A stretch of 64,000 bases of DNA from Octopus sinensis (taxonomy: Eukaryota). Location of the stretch: contig NC_043007.1 in NCBI RefSeq assembly GCF_006345805.1, positions 49,228,001 through 49,292,000 on the forward strand, given 5' to 3'. This document shows, in pieces, positions 13,425 through 25,945 of the stretch (position 1 is its first letter; each line of letters opens with the position of its first letter). A program made the translations under genes and the position numbers. The notes beneath the pieces are model-generated. The model was not told the DNA's origin, did no database searches, and saw only the letters and a list, made by a program, of their open reading frames with translations.

Positions 13425-16040
13425 ATGGCAAAACTTAGAATCGGTTGCTTGAATGTGAGAGGCCTCGGGTCACCTTGGAAACAGGGTCACCTGTTAAACG
13501 ACCTGAGGTTTCATGATGTGGATGTAGCAGCCATTAGTGAAACCAGGCTCTCCGACCCGCAGGAACTCGCAGCCCTTTTCGGCGGATACGAGATCTTTCT
13601 ATCTCCGTGTCGGCCGGGAGCGGGCGGTGGTGGTACTGCGGTTTTGTTTCGGAAGGGCCTGGACTTGAAAATAAGGACAGTCTTCATGGATCCGGAAGGT
13701 AAATTGGTGGTCCTCGACGTAGACGGTAGTGACGGCCGTGCTTTCAGACTGCTGGCTGCCTACGCTCCGACAGAAGCAGGGCAGTCGGATTATTTCAAAC
13801 GTCTGGAAGTATTCCTGGGAACGTCACGCACTCTAGTGCTAGCTGGGGATGGGAACGCTGTCTTAGACGAACTTTTCGATCGGGTGGGCAGGGGAGCATC
13901 TGATAGGAGAGAAGGATGCAAGAGCCTCTCCAACCTACTCGGACGCTTTCAGTTGTCCGACAGGTTTCGACTAGACAACCCGAATGTGCCAATGTGGACT
14001 TGGACCAATCGCATCGGGTCGTCTAGATCGTACTTAGATAGAGTGTTTTGTAGGCCAGCGGATAAGGACAGCATAGGGTGTCAACAATTCCACATAGTCG
14101 ACTACACGGACCACAAATTCGTGATCTGCACGGTCGACTTAGATAGGTTACATAGACAGGGACCCGGCTACTGGAAGCTGAACGCGTCGTTAACGGCGTG
14201 CAAAGCTTACAGAGACCGGATTAGTTTACTAGTTAAGCGGGCGCTCATGGGGGCAATCATCAACAACAACTGGTGGTTTGCCTTCAAGAGAGCAATTAGA
14301 GTAGAGTCGATTAGGTTTAATAAGACTCTAGCTATTGAACGTAGGAAGAGAGGGCGGGATTTAGTTAAGAAACTAGACGAGGCTCTTGAGACTGGCATCG
14401 CGACCGACGCGTTGGCGGCAAGGTTACCCCTCGACCAACACTTTGACACCAAACATGAAGGCTGCGTTGTCAGAGCTAAGACACTTTCGCTAAGCGAGGA
14501 GGGGACTAGAGCCGCTCGATGGGCCCGCGTGGCGGAGGCGAAGCGAGGCAACAAAGCAACCATTCGGTCTTTGGTGGACCAGAACGGGCGCGAGTTTGCC
14601 GAACCGAAGCAGATGTGTGCGGTGTTTCAGCGGCACTTTGCTCAACTGTTTGGGACGAGCGGTGGAACGGACAACGGTACAGACTTCGGTGTGTACCTGG
14701 AAGGCCTACTGCAACTCTCGGACAGCGAGGCAGAGTGCTGCGAAGGACCGATATCTGCCTGGGAAGTGGAGGAAGCAATGAAGAGTTGCACGAGAGGTAG
14801 ATCGCCGGGTTTGGATGGTCTGCCCTACGAGCTTTACACTTCAATGCCAGACTTGTTTGCGGGCCTGTTGGCAAACGTCTACTGCAACTGGCAGCAAAAC
14901 GGGAGAATTCCTGCTTTTGTCTGTCGAGGGGTGGTGGCTTTGCTAAGGGGACATTATAGGGAATTTTCGGCCCATCACTCTGCTCAATGCAGTTGGCCAA
15001 GGTGCTAGCCAAGAGATTGGCGCTTGTCGTGGACAAGCTGGTTGGCAAAACGCAGACATGCGCCGTGCCGACCAGGTCGATACACGACAACCTCCATCTC
15101 ATGCGCTACATCATAGAGAGGGTGGGTAACGACGCTGGCGTGGGTGGGCCTTTGATCAATTTAGATCAGAGTAAAGCCTTCGATAGGGTCGACCATCGGT
15201 ACCTGGCAGCTGTTCTCAAGGCAGCTGGCTTCGGTCCAGTCTTCCGTGGGTGGATCGCTGCTTTATTCAGCAACATCTGCTCGGTGATACGGGTAAACGG
15301 TCACCTTTCGAAACCGTTTGACATCTCGCGTTCGGTCCGCCAAGGATGCCCTCTCTCCTCCCTCTTGTACATATTGACTTCGAGCCATTACTGCGCAAGT
15401 TGGAGGCTTTAAGGGGTATCCCGCGCGATCTAGGAGGTGGAAACAGCGTGTCTGCCTATGCCGACGACGTCACCGGGATGGTGTCGAGCCACAGGCACAT
15501 TGACCTGATTGGCGAGACACTAAACGACTACGAAGCGGTGACAGGGGCAAAGATTAACGCGGAAAAGTCTGTGGGCTTGCAACTGGGCACCTGGCAAGCC
15601 CATGCCGTCCAACAGCGCCGTAGGGCGCTGGACAGACGGACCCGTTAAACTGGTTAAACTGCTCGGGGTCGTTCAGTGTCCTGGCATTGCTGACTTGTAG
15701 AGTTATGTTGAACAGCTGCCGTTACGTGTTGGACGGATCCGTCTGTTGACCGAGTCTGTAGTGATGATTGCACCGCCACCCTCCTTCAATCGGGCAAGCA
15801 ATGCTGTTTTCATTCGCCTGGTGACTGTGGCGAAAGAGGTTGTTTTGTGGACAAGACTAAAAAGGCATGAGGACAGATACATTCTTCTTTGGTAGAGCTC
15901 TCATTTACTTTTTCAAGTTTCACTTGAAAAGGAAATTCATAGTGGAGAGGAAAGTGCTGTCCTCGGGCGAGTTTATTGAAAGCGGGGTGAAAGTTGCGAA
16001 AATGGCAAGAGTGGATGGTACTTCTCTCTAAGTGTAGACC
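13425..16040 (+). pseudogene. Tx1-like ORF2 (APE endonuclease + RT), disrupted
   Basis: LNVRGL, ETR, YAP, GDGN, SYLDR, TDH (APE); SPGLDGL, FRPITLLN, DQSKAFDRV, RQGCPLS, YADD (RT); small deletions near 14945/14990 and a large deletion near 15670. Confidence 0.9.
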
Positions 16041-16316
16041 TTTGAGTCGGAGAAAAGGAATTGGCGAGGGCATTTGCTCCTCGGGTTTCAAAGAGATCTC
16101 GGACAGTGGGGGTCCTCGATTATCCCTAGAGACGTACCTGTATCAGGAGGGCTACATCTCTATCATCCTCCTTCCGTTTTTACCTTTGTATGCTATGCAT
16201 ATGTCCCTTCTTTACCAGTATATACCGTGTATACATTATATTTTATTATCATTTCATTATCATATGTAAACCGCCACACCCTTGTAGCAAGTGAAATCGT
16301 CATCATCATCATCATC

Positions 16317-16390
<74 letters not shown>

Positions 16391-16399
16391 CATTATTAT

Positions 16400-18325
16400 T
16401 ACAACTACTACTACAGCTATTCTGAAAGACTCTCGGATAGTTCTTAATTTCCGGTTTTTCTTTACTTGAAAGCAGGCAATAACAAATCACCAAAAGTTTC
16501 AAGCAGTGCCTTCTCCTGTGGCGCAAAGAGACAATACTCTTTTTAGAATGCGAGTTGTACCCAACAATGCTGTCTTCTGGATCACCTCGAGCCTGACCAG
16601 CAGCCAATATTCTTAATATGTTTTTCAAAGCTCTTGGAAACTGCTCCTAATGCTCCAATTACTACCGGTTTCACCATTACTTTCCTCATGTCCCAGAACT
16701 ATCCTATCTCGACCCGCAGTGGCTGGTATTTCTCAATCTTTTCTGTTTCCTTACATATCATCCTCGAATCACCTAGTATTGCATCATCTATTATCTTTGC
16801 TTCTTTTTCATCTTTATGGAGACTTGGTCGCACTGTATGTTAAAAACCCAGAGTATTTTGTAATGTTCGTTTTCTACTACAGCTTCTGGCTTGTGTTCGG
16901 CTCTCTCGAGGTTTGCTTTATCGCACAACAACCAGGGGACATATCTGGCCACATTGTCGTCTCATTTTGTATTCGCGTTGTGCGAGCTTACAGCACTCAC
17001 TAACAATATGGCTCTCTTCTCAGAGCACATCCTATACTGTGGTGACTCAGTGATTTTATCAATGCGATATTTGGAGTAGTTTGTTCTGAGAGGCTGTTCT
17101 TCAGCGCTACACACCAATGCCTCAGTGGGCCCTTTTAAGTCTCCCTTCTGCAGCTATTGCCAGGTTTCAATGCAAGCAATCTCATATTTTTTCTTCAAGA
17201 ACTGGCTGTGCATTTTCTTGTCCCGCCAAATTTCCTTCATCTGTTATCTCTGGTCTTTCTCAAATCGTGTTCCTTCACTTTTAAGGTTCCCTGCATTTTC
17301 ACTGCTTCAATCATTTCTTCTTTATCCCCCTTCACATACCAAGCCAGGCTATTCTCCTCTTCCCTTACACAACGTTCACAACACACCAATCCCCGTTCGC
17401 CTTCTTTCCTTTTTACATGCAATCTTGACACATTACTCCTGGGGTGTAGCTCCTTGTTCATTATCATTAATTTACGTGTTCTCCGGTCTATCTCTTGTAA
17501 TTCATTCTTCTTACAAGATACTATTCCTGACCCATATATCAGCAAAGCAACCGCCCACGTGTTAATTGCTCTAATCTTATAGCGGCCATTTTGCTTCGAT
17601 TGGAGCACAAGCCGAGTTCTCCTCACATACTCTTTCATGTATGTTTCGTTCATCTTGTGTCCATTCGTCTTATCTCTTTCAATGATACCCAGCTACTTAT
17701 ACCCTTCATCTCCGATTTCCTGTATAGTTTCGCCACTTTCCAGCTTGACTCCATGGCTTTTACTAATTTTCCACTTTTTGAGAATCATTACACCACATTT
17801 CTCTTTCCTAAATTCCATGCTAAGATCTTTGCTAATCATCTGCGCAGTTGCCGTCAAACATTCAATTTCTTTCTCTGTCTTAGCAAATAGCTTCAGGTCA
17901 TCCATAAGCCACAGGTTGTTTACTTTCACCCTGCCTAGCATGTACCCCACACGCATCTTTCATAAAACGCTGGCTAGTGGCAGTATGCAGACAACAAATA
18001 GACAAATGGGAGAGGCGACAGACTGTCCCCTTCAAAGATTCCTCTTTTGATATTTACCTTCCCCAGCTTATCTCCCCACGCTGTGAGTTCAGTTTGCTAC
18101 GATACCATTAAGTTTAGTATTAACTTCAATATATTGTGGGAGACCTTAAGCAACTTAAGGCATTCGATAATCCACGATTTTGGAACCATGTCATATGATT
18201 TCCTGTAGTCCACCCATGCCATCGCCACATTTTTGTCTCTTCTTGCAGTAAGCCAGAATAGTCTTATCGATTGATCCTTCGTTTCTCTGCACTTACGTCT
18301 ACACCACTTTTGTTTCACTGGTAGT
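16400..18325 (-). mobile_element. R4/Dong-like LINE, RT to 3' end, (AAT)n tail
   Basis: AMAWVDYRKSYDMVP, LMDDLKLF, INTWAVALL.YG, EKIEKYQPL..PVVIGALG; ends at (AAT)n near 16400. Confidence 0.85.
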
Positions 18326-18328
18326 AGG

Positions 18329-18514
18329 TCTTCTTCTTCTTCTTCTTCTTCTTCTTCTTCTTCTTCTTCTTCTTCTTCTTCTTCTTCTTCTTCTTCTTCT
18401 TCTTCTTCTTCTTCTTTTCTTCTTCTTCTTCTTCTTCTTCTTCTTCTTCTTCTTCTTCTTCTTCTTCTTCTTCTTCTTCTTCTTCTTCTTCTTCTTCTTC
18501 TTCTTCTTCTTCTT
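18329..18514. repeat. (TTC)n/(GAA)n tract, 3' tail of the 18515..21865 element
   Basis: About 60 units; on the minus strand it follows AATAAA directly. Confidence 0.95.
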
Positions 18515-21500
18515 TATTGTCTGAGCTCAGTTTCTAACGCTAGATATGTACTACGGTGCTAGCTGTTCACTACCAGTGAACTGAGGTAATACCCCTTATT
18601 TTTCGAGCACCATCCGTTGTATCCGAGCGGTTCCAAGCAGTGCTGTTTTCTGCAAGTGCTCCACCTTTATTGCAGCCCCCATTTGTTCCATGTACTTCTC
18701 AATTGTTTTACTCACCGTTCTCAGGGATCTAACAATTATTGGTATTACTACCACCCTTTTCATCGACCACAACTGCTTAAACTCCCAAGCTAACCCGTCA
18801 TATCTATCTTCTATTCTTTCTTCTTTATTGCATGCCTTGTTGTCAGCTGGGCATGTTGTATCTATGATTCAGCATCGTTTACCTTCTTTCTCAATTAACA
18901 CTATGTGTGGTTTCCTATTTTCTATCTTATGGTCGCACTGAATCATAAAATAACCAATGCATTATCATTTTCGGTGATGCCTTCGGGGTTATGTTCGTAC
19001 CACTTTTTTGCTCTGTAAAGTCCATACGTGTTGCAAAGTCTCCAATGGACAATGCTTGTTATACCGTCGTGACGTCTCTTATATTCCTTCTGGGCTAGTA
19101 GCGTACATTGACTAGTAAAGTACCATATGGTTTCACCATTTTGTCCACAAATTCTGTACTTATCACTTTCTGATGTGTTGTCTATTCTTAATGCTTGCTC
19201 TTGGGCAACACAGATTAGAGCTTCCGTTTCTGGTTTTAAATCACTTTTAGTCATCCATAGCCGTTTTTTCTTTGTCTGTCTTATCTTCAGCATCCCTGTG
19301 AAATTGTCCATGCCTTCTTTTCTTTATCCACCTATTTTCAGTTTCATTCATTCTCAAGTGCTTGTACAGTGCTTTATCTTTGCAGTCTTCCATCCTACAA
19401 AAGCCTGACCTTCTTACTTGCAATAATAGCGGTTCTGTGGAATTTTTTACAGACGATGCTATGATGTTTTCGTCTGCTCTAATACTGTGTTCGCATCCAA
19501 TCAGTCCTCTTCCCCCATTTTTTCTTGGTACATACAGTCTGTCTGTGTCTCATTTTGGGTGGAGTATCCTATACCCAATTAAGAACTTTCTTGTCTTTCT
19601 GTCTAAGGTGTTCAGTTCGTCTACTGTCCATGGGATTACGCCTGCTCCATATCTAAGTAGTAAAACCGCCCAGGTGTTGATAGCTTCAATCTTATTCTGT
19701 CCGTTTAATTTCGACTTGCAGATCAATCTCCGTCTGCGCAAGTACTCCACCTTAAATTTTTCTGTCATTTCTTTCTCCTTAAGTTATCCATTTCTAATAT
19801 CTCCAAGTACTTATAGTCCGTCTCTGCTATCTGCTTCATAACCTCCCCCGACGGTATCATTAGCCCGTCCATACATTTGATTTTGCTTCACTTTAAGACT
19901 AACACACCACACTTTTTCAGTCTGAACTCCATTCTGATATCAGCACTGAAAGTATACACCTTATTAAAGAGGAACTGACTTGGGATTCATCTTTACTATA
20001 AAGTTTAAGGTCATCTCTGAATAACTAGTAGTTGACTTTTTCTTCGCGACTTTTGAATACATACCCAACCTTTACTTTCCACAGAATCAGCGTTAGTGTT
20101 ATCATGCACAGAACAAAGATCAGTGGGGACAGACAGTCCCCTTGGAAGGTGCCTCTACTGATTTCTATTGTCCTTAAGCTTCTTCTATTTGCTGTCAGTT
20201 CCGTCCTCCACTTCGCCATCCTTTTCCAAGCAATCGCTCGACATACCAAATAGGTTCATACATTTCATAATCCAAGAATGTGGGATCATATCGTACGCCT
20301 TACGATAATCGATCCATGACATGGCTAAGTTAGTTTTCCTCCTCTTGCACTCTCTAAGTACAGTTTTGACTACCATGAGTTGATTCTTGATACCTCTGCA
20401 CTTACGCTTACAAAATGGCAAGGCTCCATTTTTACCAAATGTTCATACATTGACTCTGCGCCTGTTCCAGTCAATAATTTCCACATAAGTGGTGAGCAGT
20501 ATATCGGCCTGTAATTGTCTACTGTATTGCCTTTTTCGGTGTTTTTCAAGCACATCGCTGCCCTATCCATTGCCAACCACTCTGGTGTTACTTGGTTGGC
20601 ATTTAACAAGGTATTGACTTGTGCAGCTATTCGCGCGTGACATTCACTAAATCTATTGATCCAGTACCCTTGAACTATATCTGTTCCCGAGGCCTTCCGA
20701 TTGCCCATTATGTTACCGATTTCCTTCACGTCCCAAACTGAAATGACTAGTTCTGCCTGTTTTGGGCAGACTACTGTTTTGTTTCAGTTCTTGCAACCAT
20801 TCAGCATCCTTCTTGTGCTCCTTGTATTTGCTCCAGATGTCACTCCAAAACCTTTGACTTTCAATGTTATCTGGTATCAACTTTCCATTTGTACACTCTC
20901 CATTTATTTCTTTGTAGAATCTCTTCTGATATACTCTGAATAACCTATTCTGCTGGTATCCCTTCATTCTTTAGTTGTATCTTACCATCTTTGCTTTCTT
21001 TGCAACAAGGCGCTGTTTCAGTTCCTCCATTATCATTTTTAGGCCCTTTGAATATCATACTTCCTGTTCAATGCGCTGTATTTTTGTTCGCTTTTAAGCT
21101 CCCCATTCTCTTTTTGGTCTAACACAGAAATGTCTTTCGAGAGTATATCTAACCCCGCCTGTATCCTTTCCACCAGGGATCTTTTCTTTGTCACTCTCAC
21201 TCTATTTCTTCTTCTTGACGTCAACACCAACATTTTCTGATACAACACTTGCTGCATTGATCAAATTGTGTGTTTCTGTGATGTCTTTTGTTCAGATGTA
21301 TTTCAGAATTTCATTCATATTTTTCGTTTCTTGGTTCAATTTCCACTGTTCAACCTTGTTAAGGTTGCAAATAATGTCGCTATCATTCTCCTGTAGTCTT
21401 GCTTTCATGCTGTCTTAGATTGCCATTTGCCCATCTGTCATGTTGCCATTAGTTTTATTGTTTTCTTCCATACCATTTATATGTCTTTCATCGAGCAAGC

Positions 21501-21861
21501 TATCACTGTTCCTTTCCAGTGGTTTATTAGAGATTTCACCTCTGTTTTCTGCTATGAGATTACTTTTATCAGTAGGAACTGTATTTTCATCTTTTCCTCT
21601 GCCGCTATTTTCCAATTCTCATCTTTTGATAGCTTCTTTCCTACTTCTGTGAACGAACAATTTTTTCTTATTGCTCCAGTTTAATCATATAATCTCTGTT
21701 CCGTAAGTTGAAACAATCCTCTTTCTCTCAATTGATCATACATACTTTGTCGGTATCCCCTAAGATGAACACCATTTTCGTCTACGGGTTTGTTCAGGTA
21801 GTAACACTCCATAACAATAGTATTGACTTGTTTGTTCCATCTACACCGTGTATGTCGGTCC

Positions 21862-21865
<4 letters not shown>
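18515..21865 (-). mobile_element. R4/Dong-like LINE with near full-length decayed ORF
   Basis: N-terminal RRWNK..VMECYY..GYRQ..TEQRL, RT YRPI..MWKLL, WIDYRKAYDMIPHSWI, FQGDCLSPL, then ETEALICVAQEQ, RHD, REL end; many stops. Confidence 0.85.
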
Positions 21866-21931
<66 letters not shown>

Positions 21932-21948
21932 TAGTTTTATTTTTATAG

Positions 21949-22244
21949 CGTTCATCCTTTCGGGGTCGATTAAATAAGTACTAGTTATGCACTGGTGTCG
22001 ATGTAATCGAATTAATCCGTGTATCTGTCCTTGTTTGTCCCCTCTGTGTTTAGACCCTTGTGGGTAGTAAAGAAATAGGTATTTCGTCTGCCGTTACGTT
22101 CTGAGTACAAATTCCGTCAGGATCAACCTTGCCCTACATCCTTTCCGGGTCGACAAATTAAATACCAGTAAAACACTGGATGTCGATGTAATCGACTAGT
22201 CCCCTCCCACCAAATTATAGGCCTTGTGCATATAGTAGAAAGGA

Positions 22245-22245
<1 letters not shown>
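21949..22245 (+). mobile_element. Family-1 SINE dimer, 5'-clipped
   Basis: Near-exact reverse complement of 57696..57993; ends GTAGAAAGGATC then (ATT)n. Confidence 0.85.
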
Positions 22246-22318
<73 letters not shown>

Positions 22319-22321
<3 letters not shown>

Positions 22322-23854
22322 TAGTTTTATTTTTATAGCGTGCTTTCACTTCACTACCGAGCGCAGCTCTGTGTGCCTTGGGTATGTGCTGTGATTTGTT
22401 GTGATGCTTTGATGGTTATTGTATGGAAAGTGTTCTGCGTAGGATGTGTGCAGTGCCTAGTAGTGCAATTTTCTGTATGTTATATGTGTTTGTAAGTCCT
22501 GGTGTTTTTGTTATGTATTTGTCTGAATATTTTTTTATCATGCCTGAAAACACCCTACTATGATAGGAATTGTTTCTGTTTTCAGATTCCACATTCTAGT
22601 TACCTCTATTTCCAGGTCTTTGTATTTTGAGAGTTTCTACATTTCTTTTAGAGACACGTTGTCATCAGCCGGTATTGATACATCAATTAGAAAGCATTTT
22701 TTTCTTCATGGTCTCTGACAACTATATCTGGTCTGTTGGTCTTAATTTCTCTATCTGTGTGTATCGGCATATCCCAGAGTATGGTTGCTTTCTCGTTTTC
22801 TGTGACCTTTTCTGGTGTGTGCCTATACCATCTTTTTTCTGTTGTTATTCCATAATGTTGGCATAGCTTCCAATGTATGTAGGTTCCAACTCTGTCATGT
22901 CTGTGAATATATTCCTTCTTAGCCAGGACTGGGCAGCTAGAGATAATATGATTTATTGTTTCTTGTCCATCTCCACATATTCTGCAGTTACTTGTTATAT
23001 TTCTTTTCATTACATGTCTTTGGTAATTTCTGGTGGAGAGGCTTTGGTCTTGTGCTGCAATTAAAAATCCCTCTGTTTCTGCTTTGAGTCCTGAGCTTCT
23101 CAACCATTGCTGGGATTTTTCTTTGTCTATTTCTTTTGCGTTTAGTTTAGTCCAGTATTTACCATGAAGGGGCTTTTCTTGCCATCGTTTTATCATGGTT
23201 CGTTGCTGTTCTATTTTTAGTTTGGATTTCATTTGTTTTATAGCTTTTGTTGTTTCTTCTTCTTCTTCTTCTTCTTCTTCTTCTTCTTCTTCTTCTTCTT
23301 CTTCTTCTTCTTCTTCTTCTTCTTCTTCTTCTTCTTCTTCTTCTTCTTCTTCTTCTTCTTCTTCTTCTTCTTCTTCTTCTTCTTCTTCTTCTTCTTCTTC
23401 ATATTTATTAGGTGGTATGATTTCTTGTTTGTATTTGTCAGCTTCCTTAAATACTGAGAACAGATTTTTGTTTTGCTCGTGTTTTGCCGCTATTTGTATC
23501 AGTTTTCCTTCCTTCTGAAGTAGATACCTTTGCAGTCCTATGGTGGTTATTTTATAGTAGTTTTCCAGTTGTATAAGGCCTCTACCACCTTCTATACGTT
23601 GTATATATATAGTCTTTCTATGTCAGATTTTGGGTGATGCATCCTAGATCCTGTTATTATTTTTCTTGTTTTCCTAACCATTTTGGTCAGTTTATTTCGT
23701 GTCCAGTTAAGGATATTGTAGCTGTAACTTATAACTGGGACAGCTAAAGTGTTAATACCTATTATCTTGTTTTTAGCATTGAGCTCTGTTTTTAGTATTG
23801 ATCTAACTCGTCTATAATATTCTTTTTTTATTTTCTCTTTCATTTGTGTGTGTT

Positions 23855-23856
<2 letters not shown>
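22319..23856 (-). mobile_element. R4/Dong-like LINE family A, 5'-truncated, (AAT)n on both sides
   Basis: KEYYRRVRSILKTELNAKN, HHPKSD, GGRGL, CCHC CRICG..HIISSC, RPDIVV; 3' end GCTATAAAAATAAAACTACTG(AAT)n. Confidence 0.92.
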
Positions 23857-23909
<53 letters not shown>

Positions 23910-23910
<1 letters not shown>

Positions 23911-25285
23911 TTATCTTTATCACAGGTTTTGTTGGAGCTCCTGGAGTCTTGCATGCATAGCGGGCTTACTACCTGCAGCCTACGGTACCATGCTATCCAT
24001 TCTTTTCAGCTATCTAATACTTTTCTGATTATTCTTGCCGTCTCAAAAATGCAAACGTTTTGTAACATTTTTACTAGTCACTCTATTCCAATTTCTTTTA
24101 TATTCCTCTTGATGCCTATCAATAATTTGCGCTAACTTCACCTTCCTTTTCCATAGCCATGCTTTTTCGTACATAAGAGGGTTGTATCTATCTATCTATC
24201 TATCATTTCACCTTTCTTCGTGACTATTCGTGGGTCATAGGGGCATGCAACATCAATTATATAACATATGTGGTGCATCTTGTCCACCACCACTAGGTCC
24301 GGTCTGTTATGCTCTAGCACCTGTTCTGCCTGGATTGAGAAATCCCAGAGGATTCTGTTAGTCTCCGACTCTGCCACTATGCGGTTTGTGCTCATTACCA
24401 AGTCTTGCCTCTATTTAGCCCCCACTTTTCGACTAGTTTCCAATGTAGCACTTATGCTACCTGGTCGTGATGCCACAACTTGTTGTTTTAGATAAGTCTA
24501 GGGCATTCATTCGTGATATGGGCAATGGTTTCATCCACTTTGTTGCAGGTGCGGCATAGCAGAGACACTTGCTCGTTCCTCAGGTTGACCCTCCAGTTCA
24601 TGGCCAGATCTTGGCCCTGCGTTACCAGTATAGTGCTCTCGGTCTTCTTTTAGGGTTCTTTTCATCATCCAAACCCACCATTTTCTCCAGCGACTTCTGC
24701 TGTGGCTACATGGAATTGATTGTGTAGTCCCTTCTTGCGTAATTCTTCTTCACGTCCTGTTTGTACTTCTTCCTTTGTTTTCTCTGCTCTCAATATTCCC
24801 GCATTCCTAACTGTCACTAGCAAGGTTTCCTTACTTTGGGCTAGGTATTTCATGAAGCTCTCAAGTTCTATACGCACACAGTCTTCCACACTTATCAGTC
24901 CCTTTCCTCCATTTTTCTCTCTTCATGTATAGGCGATCAGTGCTTGCACGTGGATGATGGGCTCCATGCATCGTTAGGAGATTTCTTGACTTCTTGTCCA
25001 TCTCCTTTAGCTCCTCCCCTGTCCACTTCAGGATTCCAGCGCCATATCGAACTACTGCGACTGCGCGCGAGTTTATTGCCGAAATATGTTTCTGGCATTC
25101 AGCCTTGAAGCCAATATTTTTTTCATTCGCCGCAGGTAATCTTTTTGTCTTTTCCTTTTTGTCGTGGTGTTTGACTCCATCTGCCTCAAGTATTCCCAGG
25201 TACTTATAGCTGGATTGAGGTTGAATTGCCTTCATCATTTCACCACTTGGTAACCATATGCTTTCTGTCTTGGACCACTGAAAAG
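23910..25285 (-). mobile_element. R4/Dong-like LINE, 5'-truncated, (AAT)n tail
   Basis: YKYLGILE, INSRAVAVVRYG, HHPRA..RLY, ILWDFSIQ..NRPDLVVVDK..IIDVACPYD. Confidence 0.85.
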
Positions 25286-25289
25286 CCTT

Positions 25290-25945
25290 GGAAGCCATTG
25301 TCATAGTAGTTGGTTTCGATCCCGTTTTCCGTGGCTGGATTGCCACAATGCACAGCGATATCTACTCGAAAGTTCCAGTGGATGGTTACCTGTTGAGACG
25401 ACCGTTCAGCATAATGCTTTCGGTCCGTCAAGAGTGCCCCCTATCGTCTGCTATATATGTACTGGTTCCAGAGCCACTACTTCGGAAATCGGAGGCGTTG
25501 AGAGGCATCGCTAGCGAACTAGGACGTGGGAGAAATGTGTCGGCATATGCAGACGACATAACCATCATAGAGTTGAACACTAGGTACATAAATCTGATCG
25601 GTACAGCTCTGAAATAATGCGTATCTCTCACAAGAGCAAAACATAACCAAGACAAGTCAGTTGGCCTGCAGTTTGGCACCTAGAGGAGCAGCTTATTGCG
25701 TCCAATAACGTCGTAGGACGCTGGACGAAGGTGCTGGATAGATTTATTATGATGTGGTTTGGTCCGGATCTCCAGGTGGAAAAGAACTGGAGCGAGGTGA
25801 CGAGCAGGGTAGCCAATCTCGTCCAGAAATTGCCCGGGGGAACCCATCTCTAGAAGGTCGGACAGAGGTGGCGAATGCATACATCGCTTCCGTCGTATAT
25901 TATCAATTGACCGTCGTGCCTTGCCCCAATTCTGTAATCACTGTA
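25290..25945 (+). mobile_element. Tx1-like LINE, RT fragment of the same lineage as 11209..16300
   Basis: GFDPVFRGWI, SVRQECPLS, EPLLRK.EALRGI, SAYADD, colinear with 15230..15650. Confidence 0.85.

Larger units (their letters stand above)
11209..16300 (+). mobile_element. Tx1-like (L1-group) LINE, 5'-complete, internally deleted in ORF2
   Basis: 5' UTR, gag-like ORF1, APE-RT ORF2 and 3' UTR ending in (CAT)n/(ATT)n; (ATT)n on both sides. Confidence 0.9.

Noticed and set aside
15810-16469. Short ORFs at the Tx1 3' end as a third ORF
   Set aside because: Alternative frames of the decayed ORF2 C-terminus, the 3' UTR and the ATT tract.
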